Shown here: positions 47,459-57,344 of the stretch, piece by piece
Layout: the number at the start of each line of letters is the position of its first letter
How positions within the stretch are numbered: position 1 is the first letter of the stretch
Origin: Desulfuromonadales bacterium
GTDB lineage: Bacteria > Desulfobacterota > Desulfuromonadia > Desulfuromonadales > SZUA-540
Direction of reading: 5' to 3'
NCBI GenBank assembly: GCA_033549025.1
Contig: JAWSUS010000001.1
Location: forward strand, 32,001 to 96,000
Length of the DNA stretch: 64,000 bases
The notes under the pieces: model-generated
The model's database searches: none
The model's input: the letters and a program-made list of their open reading frames with translations, nothing else
What the model was told of the DNA's origin: nothing
Program-made: the position numbers and the translations under genes

Positions 47459-48724
47459 TCAACCGGTGCTTCTTGAATTCCCTCTTCGGTCCGCCAGGGT
47501 TCGTTCCATGGCCAGCCCGGCTTGAGACAGAAAGATTTCCAGGGCTTCCGTGTTGCCGATCGGCTTCTTCTCGGGAAGATTGTCACCGTAAAGGACAGCA
47601 ACAACCATACCGTCACTGATAATCGGGCCGAGAAAAACGTCCACCGGGCTGTCTCCGCCCAACTGGTCTTTCAGGTAGGTGTCCCAATATCCCGTCCCCA
47701 ACGGAACCTTCTCTACCGTCTTCTCTTCAATAACCCGGTGAAAAACCGAAGGTTTGGACCGGGGGATTTTCATGCGCCGCACCCGCAGGTCCGCGCTTTC
47801 ACCGGCGGCGATGCCAAATTGCCCAAGGCCGACGATCTCCTCCTCTTTGACCAGGAAAATGACGGCCCGGTTCATCAGTTCACTGGCGAAGCGCAGTACC
47901 AGCAGAATAACCCCGCCGCCGAGAGACGGATTACTCAATTCCTGCAGCATGCCCTTGAGCAGGCGAAGCCCGGGGGATTCGGGCCCTTTGACGGGCACCC
48001 CGACAGGCTCTTCGCCCAATTCGGCCAGCAGTTCGGCACCAAAGTTGACCAGCGCGGCAGGCTCGTTGCCCCCCGGGCAACTTTTTTCGGCCTTCACCGA
48101 ACCTGTCGCGGTAGCAGATCCGGTCATTCCAGATGAAATCCCCGCCTGCGGTGAATCCGAGTCGATGCCCCAAAGGAAATTTTCGTCTTTCGCCTGGGCT
48201 GATTGTTCCTGTCGACGCCTTTCATCCAGCAGGCGACTTCCCTCCATGGCCAGCCATTGGGGATTGAGACCCTGGTCGAGCATAAACTGCAAAGGGTCAA
48301 CCCGGGTCTCGCCCAAAGCCTCCGGTTCCCGGAGTTCAAAAGCGAAAGTCCCCTCCGTCCAGCCAAAAAATCCGTATACCAGCTTTTCGATCTGCCTGCG
48401 GACCACGTTTTCGATGTCCACGGCGGCAATAGCGTAATGCTCGACGAGAATGGCGCCCAAACGCAGGGCGCCTTCACTCTGCCGCTGGTGTTCAAGGGCC
48501 GCGTGGAGCGTATCGAGGGGAACGACCCCGGATCGCACGAGAAGATCGCCGAGATTTTCCGGCTCGGTACTGGAAGCAGCTCGAATGACCTGGCCGTTTT
48601 TGAAATAAATCGAACCTTGTCGCCCGCGACTGTTCAGCGAGAGCACCCCTGACTTGCGGCTCAGGCTGACAATCTGGAGAATTTCTCCCAGGCCCAGGTC
48701 TTCAAGATTTCCGACTAAACTCAT
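47459..48724 (-). CDS. DUF4388 (PATAN-like) + GAF-like domain protein
   Basis: MSLVGNLEDLGLGEILQIVSLSRKSG, WTEGTFAF; C-terminal VAVLYGDN. Confidence 0.85.
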   Translation of the reverse strand: MSLVGNLEDLGLGEILQIVSLSRKSGVLSLNSRGRQGSIYFKNGQVIRAASSTEPENLGDLLVRSGVVPLDTLHAALEHQRQSEGALRLGAILVEHYAIAAVDIENVVRRQIEKLVYGFFGWTEGTFAFELREPEALGETRVDPLQFMLDQGLNPQWLAMEGSRLLDERRRQEQSAQAKDENFLWGIDSDSPQAGISSGMTGSATATGSVKAEKSCPGGNEPAALVNFGAELLAELGEEPVGVPVKGPESPGLRLLKGMLQELSNPSLGGGVILLVLRFASELMNRAVIFLVKEEEIVGLGQFGIAAGESADLRVRRMKIPRSKPSVFHRVIEEKTVEKVPLGTGYWDTYLKDQLGGDSPVDVFLGPIISDGMVVAVLYGDNLPEKKPIGNTEALEIFLSQAGLAMERTLADRRGNSRSTG

Positions 48725-48773
48725 GGTGGTCCAGAGCCGAATTGACGTAAGGGTTCAAAATTAAATAGAAAAC

Positions 48774-48802
48774 AATATATCCCAGCCCCTGGGGCAAGTA
48801 AA
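48774..48802 (-). promoter_or_regulatory. Putative sigma70 promoter for the chemosensory cluster
   Basis: TTTACT-17 nt-TATATT in the der/DUF4388 gap. Confidence 0.45.
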
Positions 48803-48808
48803 GGTTTT

Positions 48809-50134
48809 TTACCCCTGGCCTTTGCGTTCGCGGTCCCGGAAAATCAGCCGGATAGGAACGCCTTCAAAGCCGAACGCTTCCCGGAGCTTGTTCTGCAGGT
48901 ACCGTTCGTAAGAGAAATGAATCCCTTCAGCCTTGTTGGCGAAAACCACGAAGGTGGGTGGTCGCACCTGGGTCTGGGTCATGTAGAAGAATTTAAGCCG
49001 CGTTCCCTGAACCACCGGAGGCGCATGACTGCGCACCGCTTCTTCAAGGATGCGGTTCAGGGCGGCGGTGGGAACCTGGCGGTTAAATTCGGCAGCCACA
49101 GCCTCGACTTCACCCATAATCTTCGCCACCCGTTGCCCGGTTAGCGCCGAGACGAAAATAATCGGCGCAAAAGGGAGGAATTTGAAGCTCATACGCAGTT
49201 TTTCGGTGTACTGCCGCAGGGTTTTGTTGTCTTTTTCAATCTTGTCCCACTTGTTGACAACCAGAATGACGGCCCTGCCCTTTTCATAGGCATACCCGGC
49301 CACCGTCAGGTCCTGATCCGTAACCCCTTCTTCGGCGTCAATAACCACCAGAACCACATGGGAACGGTCCATCGCTTTTAGGGCCTGGATAACGCTGAAC
49401 TTTTCCAGTTTCTGGCTGACCTTTCCCTTGCGACGGATGCCCGCCGTGTCAATCAGAACGTAGCGTTTTTGGTTATAGGTGAAGGGCGTATCGACGCTGT
49501 CCCGGGTGGTACCGGCCATGGGATTGGCCACGACACGCTCATACCCCAGCAGGCGGTTGACGAGGGAGGACTTGCCGACGTTGGGACGGCCGATGACCGC
49601 CAGGCGCACTTCCTCCGTCTCCGCCTCCGGCGCTTTTGCCGGGGGAAGATGGGTCAGCACCGCATCGACCAGATCCCCTACCCCCACGCCGTGTTCAGCC
49701 GAAACAGGGTGGAGCTCATCCAGCCCCAGAGCATAGAACTCGGCCATGGCCTCCTCCTGCTTGGGACCATCGACCTTGTTGACCACAAAGAGCACGGGTT
49801 TGTCGACGCGGCGCAGCATGGCGGCAACTTCCTCGTCGGAGGGAGTGAGTCCCTCCCGTCCGTCGAGGACGAAGAGAATCACATCGGCCTCTTCCACGGC
49901 CAGTTGCGACTGCTCACGCATCTGAACCAGCAGCCGCTCTTCGCTGGCCGGCTCGAAACCGCCCGTATCCATGAGGATAAAGGGCGCGTCGTACTTGGTG
50001 ACTTCTGCGTAGTTGCGGTCCCGGGTGACGCCCGGAAAATCCTCGACGATGGCTTTACGCTGACCGAGAATGCGGTTAAAGAGCGTGGACTTACCGACGT
50101 TGGGGCGGCCGACGATTGCAACGAGTGGACTCAT
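48809..50134 (-). CDS. der: Ribosome biogenesis GTPase Der (EngA)
   Basis: Two GRPNVGKS domains, DTGG/DTAG, C-terminal KH-like domain. Confidence 0.97.
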   Translation of the reverse strand: MSPLVAIVGRPNVGKSTLFNRILGQRKAIVEDFPGVTRDRNYAEVTKYDAPFILMDTGGFEPASEERLLVQMREQSQLAVEEADVILFVLDGREGLTPSDEEVAAMLRRVDKPVLFVVNKVDGPKQEEAMAEFYALGLDELHPVSAEHGVGVGDLVDAVLTHLPPAKAPEAETEEVRLAVIGRPNVGKSSLVNRLLGYERVVANPMAGTTRDSVDTPFTYNQKRYVLIDTAGIRRKGKVSQKLEKFSVIQALKAMDRSHVVLVVIDAEEGVTDQDLTVAGYAYEKGRAVILVVNKWDKIEKDNKTLRQYTEKLRMSFKFLPFAPIIFVSALTGQRVAKIMGEVEAVAAEFNRQVPTAALNRILEEAVRSHAPPVVQGTRLKFFYMTQTQVRPPTFVVFANKAEGIHFSYERYLQNKLREAFGFEGVPIRLIFRDRERKGQG

Positions 50135-50173
50135 GTCTGTGTTTTCCGTTCTTTCCGTAAATGACTTTAGAGG

Positions 50174-51082
50174 CTATTCGTAGCCGAACTCTTTCAACAG
50201 CTTGTCGGATTCCGTCCAGTTTTTCTGTACCTTGACAAACAGCTCGAGGTAGACGCGGGTTCCCAGCATCCTTTCGATATCGACCCGGGCCGCTTTGCCG
50301 ATGGCGCGGATCTTCTCGCCGCCCTTGCCGAGGATGATTTTTTTGTGGGGTTCCCGCTCCACCAGAATCGCCGCGGCGATGACCACGAGATCCTTATCCG
50401 GCTTTTCGGTAAAGCTTTCCACCACGACGGCCACCCCGTAGGGCACCTCGTCCCGCACCTGTTTGAGGATCTGCTCGCGCACCATTTCGGCGACGATGAA
50501 GCGTTCGGGAAGATCGGTGACCATGTCCTCGGGATAGTAGCGCGGCCCGGGCGGCAGCAGGTCGTATGTGGCTTTGACCAGAGCGTCCACCCCGCTGCCT
50601 TTCAAACCCGAAATGGGGATAATGGCGGCGAAATCGCGCTTCTGCGCATAAATTTCAATCAGAGGGAGCAAGGCCTCCGGCGACACCTGGTCGATCTTGT
50701 TGATGACCAGAATGACGGGCACCGAACTGCGCGAGAGAACGTCAAGAATGAAGTCATCCCCTCCCCCGGGGCGATCCGTCGCCTCGATCAGAAAAAGCAC
50801 GACATCGACATCAGCGCAGGCCGCCATGGCCTGATCGACCATATAGCGATTGAGCTTGCCGGTGGCACGATGAATACCCGGAGTATCAAGAAAGAGAATC
50901 TGGCCGTCGTCGAGGTTGTGAATACCGAGAATCCGGTTGCGGGTCGTCTGGGGTTTGGGCGAAGCAATGGCGATCTTCTGTCCGAGTATCCGGTTCAACA
51001 GGGTCGATTTGCCGACATTGGGACGCCCGATAATCGAGACAAAACCAGAGCGAAAGGGGGGCTGTTCAGTGTTCAATGACAA
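50174..51082 (-). CDS. era: GTPase Era
   Basis: [25 protein letters not shown]...EVPY. Confidence 0.97.
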   Translation of the reverse strand: MSLNTEQPPFRSGFVSIIGRPNVGKSTLLNRILGQKIAIASPKPQTTRNRILGIHNLDDGQILFLDTPGIHRATGKLNRYMVDQAMAACADVDVVLFLIEATDRPGGGDDFILDVLSRSSVPVILVINKIDQVSPEALLPLIEIYAQKRDFAAIIPISGLKGSGVDALVKATYDLLPPGPRYYPEDMVTDLPERFIVAEMVREQILKQVRDEVPYGVAVVVESFTEKPDKDLVVIAAAILVEREPHKKIILGKGGEKIRAIGKAARVDIERMLGTRVYLELFVKVQKNWTESDKLLKEFGYE

Positions 51083-51087
51083 GATCC

Positions 51088-52098
51088 TTAGTAAGCGGCC
51101 AGTTCCATGAGGGAAAATGACTCGGAGCCAACATGCAGTGTCCCGCGGGGGATGTCCTTTTGCCCGGAAATGGCAAAATCCCCTCTGCGGGTTCGAATAA
51201 ATTCCAGGTTCTGGCGACGCTGCCCCAGGGCATCCGACAACTCGGACGAACAGACGAGAATCGGCTGTGCCGAAGTCTCTTCCACGACCCGCAGCAGCGC
51301 CCGCCGCCAGAGATGCGAACGCACGAGCTGTCCAAAAGCAGGATGATAGGGTCCGGCCACCACCCCCGCAGGACCATCGAGTTCCCGGGTCGGCTGCAGT
51401 CCCAGACGGATCACGGGCACCGCGGCCTGCCGGCAGCGCCAGAGCATCTCCGCGCAGATTCCGACCGCCTCATCCAGACTGAGCGGCTCGAATTGTCCGC
51501 GGTCAAATAGTGTCTCCAGCGCGCTGCCAGCCAACACCACCGTCGGGTAAATGCGCAGAAAATCCGGCTGCAGCTCCAAAGCCGTTTGCAGGGACCACAG
51601 GGCTTCTGCCCGATCGCCGCCGGGGAGCCCGGGCATCAGCTGCAAGCCCACCGCCAGCCCGGCGCGCCGGACTCTCGCCGTGGCGTTAACCGCCGCTTCG
51701 GCAGAGTGTCCTCGGCCAGAGCGGGCCAAGACCTCGGGATCAAAGGACTGACAGCCGATCTCGATGGTGCGCAGCGGAAATCCGTCCAGAACGTCCAGAT
51801 GCCGGTTTTCCAGACCGTCAGGGCGGGTCGAGATGCGAATTCCCCCGGCGCGCCCGGCCCGGACAAATCGAGCGGCGACCTCCAGGTAATCCCGCTGTCG
51901 CGTCGCCGGCAGCAGGGTAAAGGACCCGCCGTAAAAGGCAATATCCCCGTCTCCGGCAGGAGGCAGCAGCCGGTTCAAGGCATCGGCCACGTCAAGGGGC
52001 GCCGGCGCCGCCGAATGACCGGAGGTCTTCTCCTGTTGACAGAAGAGACAGCGATGCGGACACCCTTCATGGGGAATAAAGAAAGGGAAAACCTGCAT
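51088..52098 (-). CDS. Radical SAM protein (Elp3/YhcC-like)
   Basis: FIPHEGCPHRCLFC, FYGGSFT, STRPD, GPYHPAF. Confidence 0.88.
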   Translation of the reverse strand: MQVFPFFIPHEGCPHRCLFCQQEKTSGHSAAPAPLDVADALNRLLPPAGDGDIAFYGGSFTLLPATRQRDYLEVAARFVRAGRAGGIRISTRPDGLENRHLDVLDGFPLRTIEIGCQSFDPEVLARSGRGHSAEAAVNATARVRRAGLAVGLQLMPGLPGGDRAEALWSLQTALELQPDFLRIYPTVVLAGSALETLFDRGQFEPLSLDEAVGICAEMLWRCRQAAVPVIRLGLQPTRELDGPAGVVAGPYHPAFGQLVRSHLWRRALLRVVEETSAQPILVCSSELSDALGQRRQNLEFIRTRRGDFAISGQKDIPRGTLHVGSESFSLMELAAY

Positions 52099-52109
52099 AC
52101 CGTCAGCGC

Positions 52110-52811
52110 CTAGGGGCGCTCCATTTCGGCCAGAGCCTGCCGGGCCGCCTCTTGTTCCGCCGCTTTTTTCGTGCGCCCGCTCCCCTGCCCGATGGTCTGG
52201 TCGTCGAAGCGGACCTCAACCGTATAGAGGCGTTCATGATCAGGCCCTTCGGCACTGACCAGAATATAAGACGGCGTCCGATTGTACTGCCCCTGCATCA
52301 AGACCTGCAGACGGGTCTTGTGGTCGACGCCGGCCTTGCATTTTACCGACCGGGTAATCTCCTCGACAAACAGGCGATCGACAATGGACTTGACGGAGCC
52401 ATAACCCGCATCGGTAAAGATGGCTCCCAGCAGCGCTTCAAAGGCATCAGCAAGCAGGCTGTCCTTCTGCCGACCGCCACTGCGCTCTTCTCCCTTACCG
52501 AGCAAGAGACAGGCCCCTATATCCAGCTTTTTGCCGATGGCCGCCAAACCCTTTTCGCGTACGACCTCGGCCCGCACCCGGGTCATCTCCCCTTCCGGCA
52601 ACTGGGAATAGCGGCTGAAAATATGTTCACTGACCGCCAGATCAAGGACAGCATCCCCGAGAAATTCGAGACGTTCACTGAAAGGCAGGTCGATTCCGGC
52701 CTGTTCATTGCTATAGGACTTGTGCGTCAGAGCCTCACGCAAAAGGTCGGCCCGCGCAAAACGGTAGTCCAGCTTTTGGCACAGACGCTGTTCACATTCT
52801 CGAAGCTGCAT
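52110..52811 (-). CDS. rnc: Ribonuclease III
   Basis: ALTHKS, ERLEFLGDAVL, ADAFEALLGA, C-terminal dsRBD. Confidence 0.97.
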   Translation of the reverse strand: MQLRECEQRLCQKLDYRFARADLLREALTHKSYSNEQAGIDLPFSERLEFLGDAVLDLAVSEHIFSRYSQLPEGEMTRVRAEVVREKGLAAIGKKLDIGACLLLGKGEERSGGRQKDSLLADAFEALLGAIFTDAGYGSVKSIVDRLFVEEITRSVKCKAGVDHKTRLQVLMQGQYNRTPSYILVSAEGPDHERLYTVEVRFDDQTIGQGSGRTKKAAEQEAARQALAEMERP

Positions 52812-52996
52812 CGTTTCTCGTTTCAAAAAGAACCCGCACGGGCCCTCCAAGTGGTCAAATCGGCTGGGAGTATACTAAATTCCCATGGTCTTATCAATGT
52901 TTACCCTGAGGATGGAATCTTTTCCTTGATTCCGCCCGGTTCCATTCACTATAATGTCGAATTTTAAAAGATATTCTTATTATCAGCCTGGATACC

Positions 52997-53644
52997 ATGA
53001 ACCTCTTTATCACTTTCGAAGGCATCGAAGGCTGCGGAAAAACCACCCAGCTGCGCCTGCTTGCCCGCAATCTGGCCGCGCAGGGGGTTGATGTGGTCAC
53101 TACGCGCGAACCTGGCGGCTGCCCCATTGCGGATGCTATCCGCCAGATTTTGCTTGATCCCGGCAACCAGGCCCTGGTGCCCCGGTCGGAACTGCTGCTG
53201 TACGCCGCGGCCCGGGCCCAGCATGTCGACGAGGTCATCCGGCCGGCGCTGCAAGCGGGAAAGACTGTCCTGTGTGACCGCTTTACCGATGCCACCTGCG
53301 CCTACCAGGGGTACGGACGCGGGTTGGACAAAACGCTCATTCACCGCCTCAATGAGCTGGCGGCGGCTGAGACCTGTCCCGACCTGACCATCCTGCTGGA
53401 CATGCCGGCCGAAGAAGGCCTGCAGCGGGCGCAAAGCCGCAACACCGTGCAGACGCTCGAACATGAGGGCCGCTTCGAGCAGGAATCCCTCACCTTTCAC
53501 CGCCGCGTCCGGCAGGGGTACCTGGAACTGGCCCACAGGCAAAACCGTTTTCTGGTCATCGATGCTCTCGGTTCGCAGGAAACCGTCGCCAGCCGGATCG
53601 GTGAAGCGCTGAGACAACGACAGATTCTGAGTATGCCGTCATGA
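52997..53644 (+). CDS. tmk: Thymidylate kinase
   Basis: FEGIEGCGKTTQ, REPGG, CDRF, AYQG. Confidence 0.96.
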   Translation: MNLFITFEGIEGCGKTTQLRLLARNLAAQGVDVVTTREPGGCPIADAIRQILLDPGNQALVPRSELLLYAAARAQHVDEVIRPALQAGKTVLCDRFTDATCAYQGYGRGLDKTLIHRLNELAAAETCPDLTILLDMPAEEGLQRAQSRNTVQTLEHEGRFEQESLTFHRRVRQGYLELAHRQNRFLVIDALGSQETVASRIGEALRQRQILSMPS

Positions 53645-54609
53645 CTTTCGGTCAGGTGCTTGGGCACGACAGACAGAAAGACCTGCTGCGACGAGCCATC
53701 GCCTCGGGTCGCCTGGCCCATGCCTATCTGTTCCATGGGGCAGACGGCATCGGTAAACGCCTGATGGCCCTGGCTTTTGTCCGCGCCATTTTCTGCCAGA
53801 ACGGCACGGGATGCGGCACATGCACCGCCTGTCGCAAGGTGGATCACCATAATCACCCGGATCTCCACATTATGGAACCCGATGGAGCCACCATTAAAAT
53901 TGAACAGGTGCGAATGATCCAGAAGGAGTTGTCCTTTCGTCCGCTGGAAGCGCCGAAGAAAATCTGCCTGATCGACGGGGCCGAAAAATTGAATCCCGCC
54001 GCCGGCAACGCCCTCCTGAAAACCCTGGAGGAACCCAAGGGGGAGGCCCTCATCATCCTGCTGTCCGCCCAGAAAGAACGGGTGTTGCCGACCATCAGGT
54101 CACGCTGCCAGCAGATTCCCTTTTATGCTGTCCCCCGCCCCATCCTGCAGCAGGCCCTGCAGGAGAAGCTGGGGCTGAACGAGTCTCAGGGGCATATTCT
54201 CGCGGCCCTCTCGGAAGGGAGCTTCAAAAAAGCCCTGGGTAAGGACAAGGATCTTTTCCTCGACCAGAGACGGGAGCTGCTCAAGGCTCTTACCGCCTTG
54301 TCACCCGGAAGCGTTATTGCCCTGTTCAAACTGGCCGAAGAAATTGCCGGTGAAAAGGAACGTTTTCAAGAGATTCTTGAACTCTTTCAGGCTTTCTATC
54401 GCGACCTGCTTCTGTACAAGCAGGGGATGCCTGAAAGCGAACTGGTCAACATCGACCTGCTGGAAAAGATCCAGCGGGTCGCGAAACGTGAAAACACGGC
54501 CACCCTGCTGGCAAAACTCGAAGCCATCGCCGTCAGTCGGCGGCAGGCGGATCGTAACGTCAACAAACAGCTGGCCATGGAGGTTCTGCTCATGCGCCTG
54601 GCTGCCTGA
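53641..54609 (+). CDS. holB: DNA polymerase III delta' subunit
   Basis: HAYLF, CGTCTAC, HPD, NALLKTLEEP, TIRSRC. Confidence 0.95.
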   Translation: MTFGQVLGHDRQKDLLRRAIASGRLAHAYLFHGADGIGKRLMALAFVRAIFCQNGTGCGTCTACRKVDHHNHPDLHIMEPDGATIKIEQVRMIQKELSFRPLEAPKKICLIDGAEKLNPAAGNALLKTLEEPKGEALIILLSAQKERVLPTIRSRCQQIPFYAVPRPILQQALQEKLGLNESQGHILAALSEGSFKKALGKDKDLFLDQRRELLKALTALSPGSVIALFKLAEEIAGEKERFQEILELFQAFYRDLLLYKQGMPESELVNIDLLEKIQRVAKRENTATLLAKLEAIAVSRRQADRNVNKQLAMEVLLMRLAA

Positions 54610-54673
54610 GGCAAGGCGCCATTTACGGGCATTTTTCGCCACACTTTCCATATAGAGGAAACGACAGACAACC

Positions 54674-55708
54674 ATGATCCGAATTACTTCGGTTAAATTC
54701 CGCACGGCGGGAAAGCAGTACGATTTCAACAGCCAGGACCTCCCCCTCGAAGCCAATATGCGCGTGGTGGTGGAAACAGACCGGGGCCGCGCCCTCGGTA
54801 CGGTCGTGCAGGCTCCCAGGGAAATCGACGAAAAAGAGGCGGCCAAGGAGCTCAAAAACATCATCCGTATCGCGACCGATGAAGACCTGGCGCTGGCGGC
54901 AGCCAACGCCGACCGGGAGAGGGAGGCTTTTCGCATCTGCGCCGCTCGCATCGGCGAGCGCAAGATGGAGATGAAACTGGTGCGGGCCGAATATCTCTTC
55001 GACGGCTCCAAGATCATCTTTTACTTCACCGCCGATGGTCGGGTCGATTTCCGCGAACTGGTCAAGGATCTGGCTCATCACTTTCACACCCGCATCGAGA
55101 TGCGCCAGATCGGCGTGCGCGATGAAGCCAAACTCATTGGCGGGCTGGGTATCTGCGGCAGGGAACTGTGCTGCTGTACCTTCCTGACCGACTTCGCCCC
55201 CGTCTCCGTGCGTATGGCCAAGGAGCAGGGGTTGGCCCTTAATCCCAGCAAGATTTCCGGCCAGTGCGGCCGCCTCCTCTGTTGCCTGGGGTACGAATTC
55301 GAAACCTACTGCTCCTTGCGCAAGCAATTGCCCAAATGCGGTCGCAAAATCCAGGTGGACGGCCAGGAAGGCGAAGTGATCGGCCAGGATATCCTGGCCC
55401 AGAAAGTCACCATTCGTCTCGGTGACGGGCAGACTCGCCAAGCTACCGTCGATGAGCTGAATCAGGCGGAAAAATCGGGGACCCTGCCCTCCCCGCCCCC
55501 GGCCAAAGAGGGGAAGCGTCCGGAAGGAAGCCGCCGGGACTCCTCCAGAAATCGCAAGCCTCGTCCGGCCGGCGAGAACAAGCCCTCACAACCCCGGCCC
55601 GAAGGCCGCAAACCTCAGGCCGCCGAAGCCGCCAAGCCTGCCGGTGATGAAGGGGCCGCCAGCCCCCGTAAACGCCGCAGAGGCCGTCGTCGTCCCAAAA
55701 AGAAATAA
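54674..55708 (+). CDS. ricT: PSP1/RicT (YaaT) family protein with basic low-complexity tail
   Basis: FTADGRVDFRELVKDL, RQIGVRDEA, CGRELCC, SGQCGRLLCCL. Confidence 0.9.
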   Translation: MIRITSVKFRTAGKQYDFNSQDLPLEANMRVVVETDRGRALGTVVQAPREIDEKEAAKELKNIIRIATDEDLALAAANADREREAFRICAARIGERKMEMKLVRAEYLFDGSKIIFYFTADGRVDFRELVKDLAHHFHTRIEMRQIGVRDEAKLIGGLGICGRELCCCTFLTDFAPVSVRMAKEQGLALNPSKISGQCGRLLCCLGYEFETYCSLRKQLPKCGRKIQVDGQEGEVIGQDILAQKVTIRLGDGQTRQATVDELNQAEKSGTLPSPPPAKEGKRPEGSRRDSSRNRKPRPAGENKPSQPRPEGRKPQAAEAAKPAGDEGAASPRKRRRGRRRPKKK

Positions 55709-55725
55709 CCTCAGGAGCGTCAAAC

Positions 55726-57258
55726 ATGAGCAAAAACTTCTACATAACGACCCCCATCTATTACGTCAACGACGTCCCTCACATAGGCCACGCCTATACC
55801 ACCCTGGCCTGTGACGTGCTCGCCCGCTACAAGAAGTCCCGCGGGTATGAGGTTTTTTTCCTGACCGGCACGGATGAGCATGGTCAGAAGGTCGAGAAAG
55901 CGGCTCAGGCGGCCGGAGAAACGCCGCTTGAACTGGCCGATCGCGTCGTCAAACGCTTCCAGTCGCTGTGGGAAAAACTCAACATCGAAAACACCGACTT
56001 CATCCGCACCACCCAGGAACGACACAAAGAGGGGGTCCGCGAACTCTTCCGCCGTATCGAAACCAAGGGGGATATCTACCTCGGTGAATATGAGGACTGG
56101 TACTGCACTCCCTGCGAGACCTTCTGGACCGAGACCCAGCTTCTCGATGGCAACTGTCCGGACTGCGGACGTCCCACGGACAAGCTCAAGGAAGAATCCT
56201 ATTTCTTCCGCATGAGCAAATACCAGGACCAGTTGATCCGCCATATCGAGGAGCACCCTGATTTCATCCAGCCCAAAAGCCGCCGCAACGAGGTGCTCAA
56301 CTTCGTCAAGGAGGGGCTGCGCGATCTTTCCATCTCCCGCACGACTTTTTCCTGGGGCATCCCCGTCCCGGGCAACGACGCTCACGTCATTTATGTCTGG
56401 TTCGACGCCCTGACCAACTACATCACCGCTCTCGGCTACCCCAACGACCCCGACGGCAACTTTGCCAAGTTCTGGCCCGTCGACGCCCACGTCATCGGCA
56501 AGGACATTCTGCGTTTCCACACCGTCTACTGGCCGACCTTTCTGCTGGCCGCCGGCGTGCCTTTGCCCAAAAAGGTCTTCGCCCACGGCTGGTGGACGGT
56601 CGAGGGGCAGAAGATGAGCAAGAGTCTGCGCAACGTGGTCGAACCCAACATGCTGATCGACAAGTACGGGGTCGACGCCATCCGCTACTTCCTGCTGCGC
56701 GAGGTTCCCTTCGGGCTCGACGGCGACTTTTCCCACGCCGCCCTCATCCATCGCATCAACTCCGACCTGGCCAACGATCTCGGCAACCTGATGAGTCGCA
56801 GTTCGGCCATGGTCAACAAATATTTTGACGGCATCCTTCCCGAGCCGACGCCCGCTGACGACACGGACAAACCCTTGCTCGACCGCATCCCCGGAACGCT
56901 GCGAGCCGTCGACGAGCACATGGACGCCATGGCCTTCAACAAGGCCCTGCAGCTGATCTGGGACCTCATCAGTGCCGGCAACAAATACATCGACGATACG
57001 GCGCCCTGGGCCCTGGCCAAGGACGAGATCCAACGGCCCCGCCTCGGCACCGTCATGTACAATCTCATGGAGATTCAGCGTCTCGTTGCCCTGCTCATCG
57101 AACCGTTCATGCCCGACACGGCCCAGAAAATGGTGGAAATTCTCGGGATCGATCCGGCCAGCCAGTCTCTGGAAGAAAAAGGCGCCTGGGGCGGCTTGCG
57201 TCCCGGTACTCGCATCCAGAAAGCGACCCCGCTGTTCCCGCGTATCGAACAGGAATAA
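55726..57258 (+). CDS. metG: Methionyl-tRNA synthetase (short form, no C-terminal OB domain)
   Basis: TTPIYYVNDVPHIGH, YVWFDAL, KMSKS, LFPRI. Confidence 0.97.
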   Translation: MSKNFYITTPIYYVNDVPHIGHAYTTLACDVLARYKKSRGYEVFFLTGTDEHGQKVEKAAQAAGETPLELADRVVKRFQSLWEKLNIENTDFIRTTQERHKEGVRELFRRIETKGDIYLGEYEDWYCTPCETFWTETQLLDGNCPDCGRPTDKLKEESYFFRMSKYQDQLIRHIEEHPDFIQPKSRRNEVLNFVKEGLRDLSISRTTFSWGIPVPGNDAHVIYVWFDALTNYITALGYPNDPDGNFAKFWPVDAHVIGKDILRFHTVYWPTFLLAAGVPLPKKVFAHGWWTVEGQKMSKSLRNVVEPNMLIDKYGVDAIRYFLLREVPFGLDGDFSHAALIHRINSDLANDLGNLMSRSSAMVNKYFDGILPEPTPADDTDKPLLDRIPGTLRAVDEHMDAMAFNKALQLIWDLISAGNKYIDDTAPWALAKDEIQRPRLGTVMYNLMEIQRLVALLIEPFMPDTAQKMVEILGIDPASQSLEEKGAWGGLRPGTRIQKATPLFPRIEQE

Positions 57259-57344
57259 TCGCCCCGCTTGGCTCACCGACAATTTCGCATGTTATCCCAA
57301 GGGGGCGCTTTTTGGTGCCCCCTTGCTTTTCAAGAGAGATGGTT

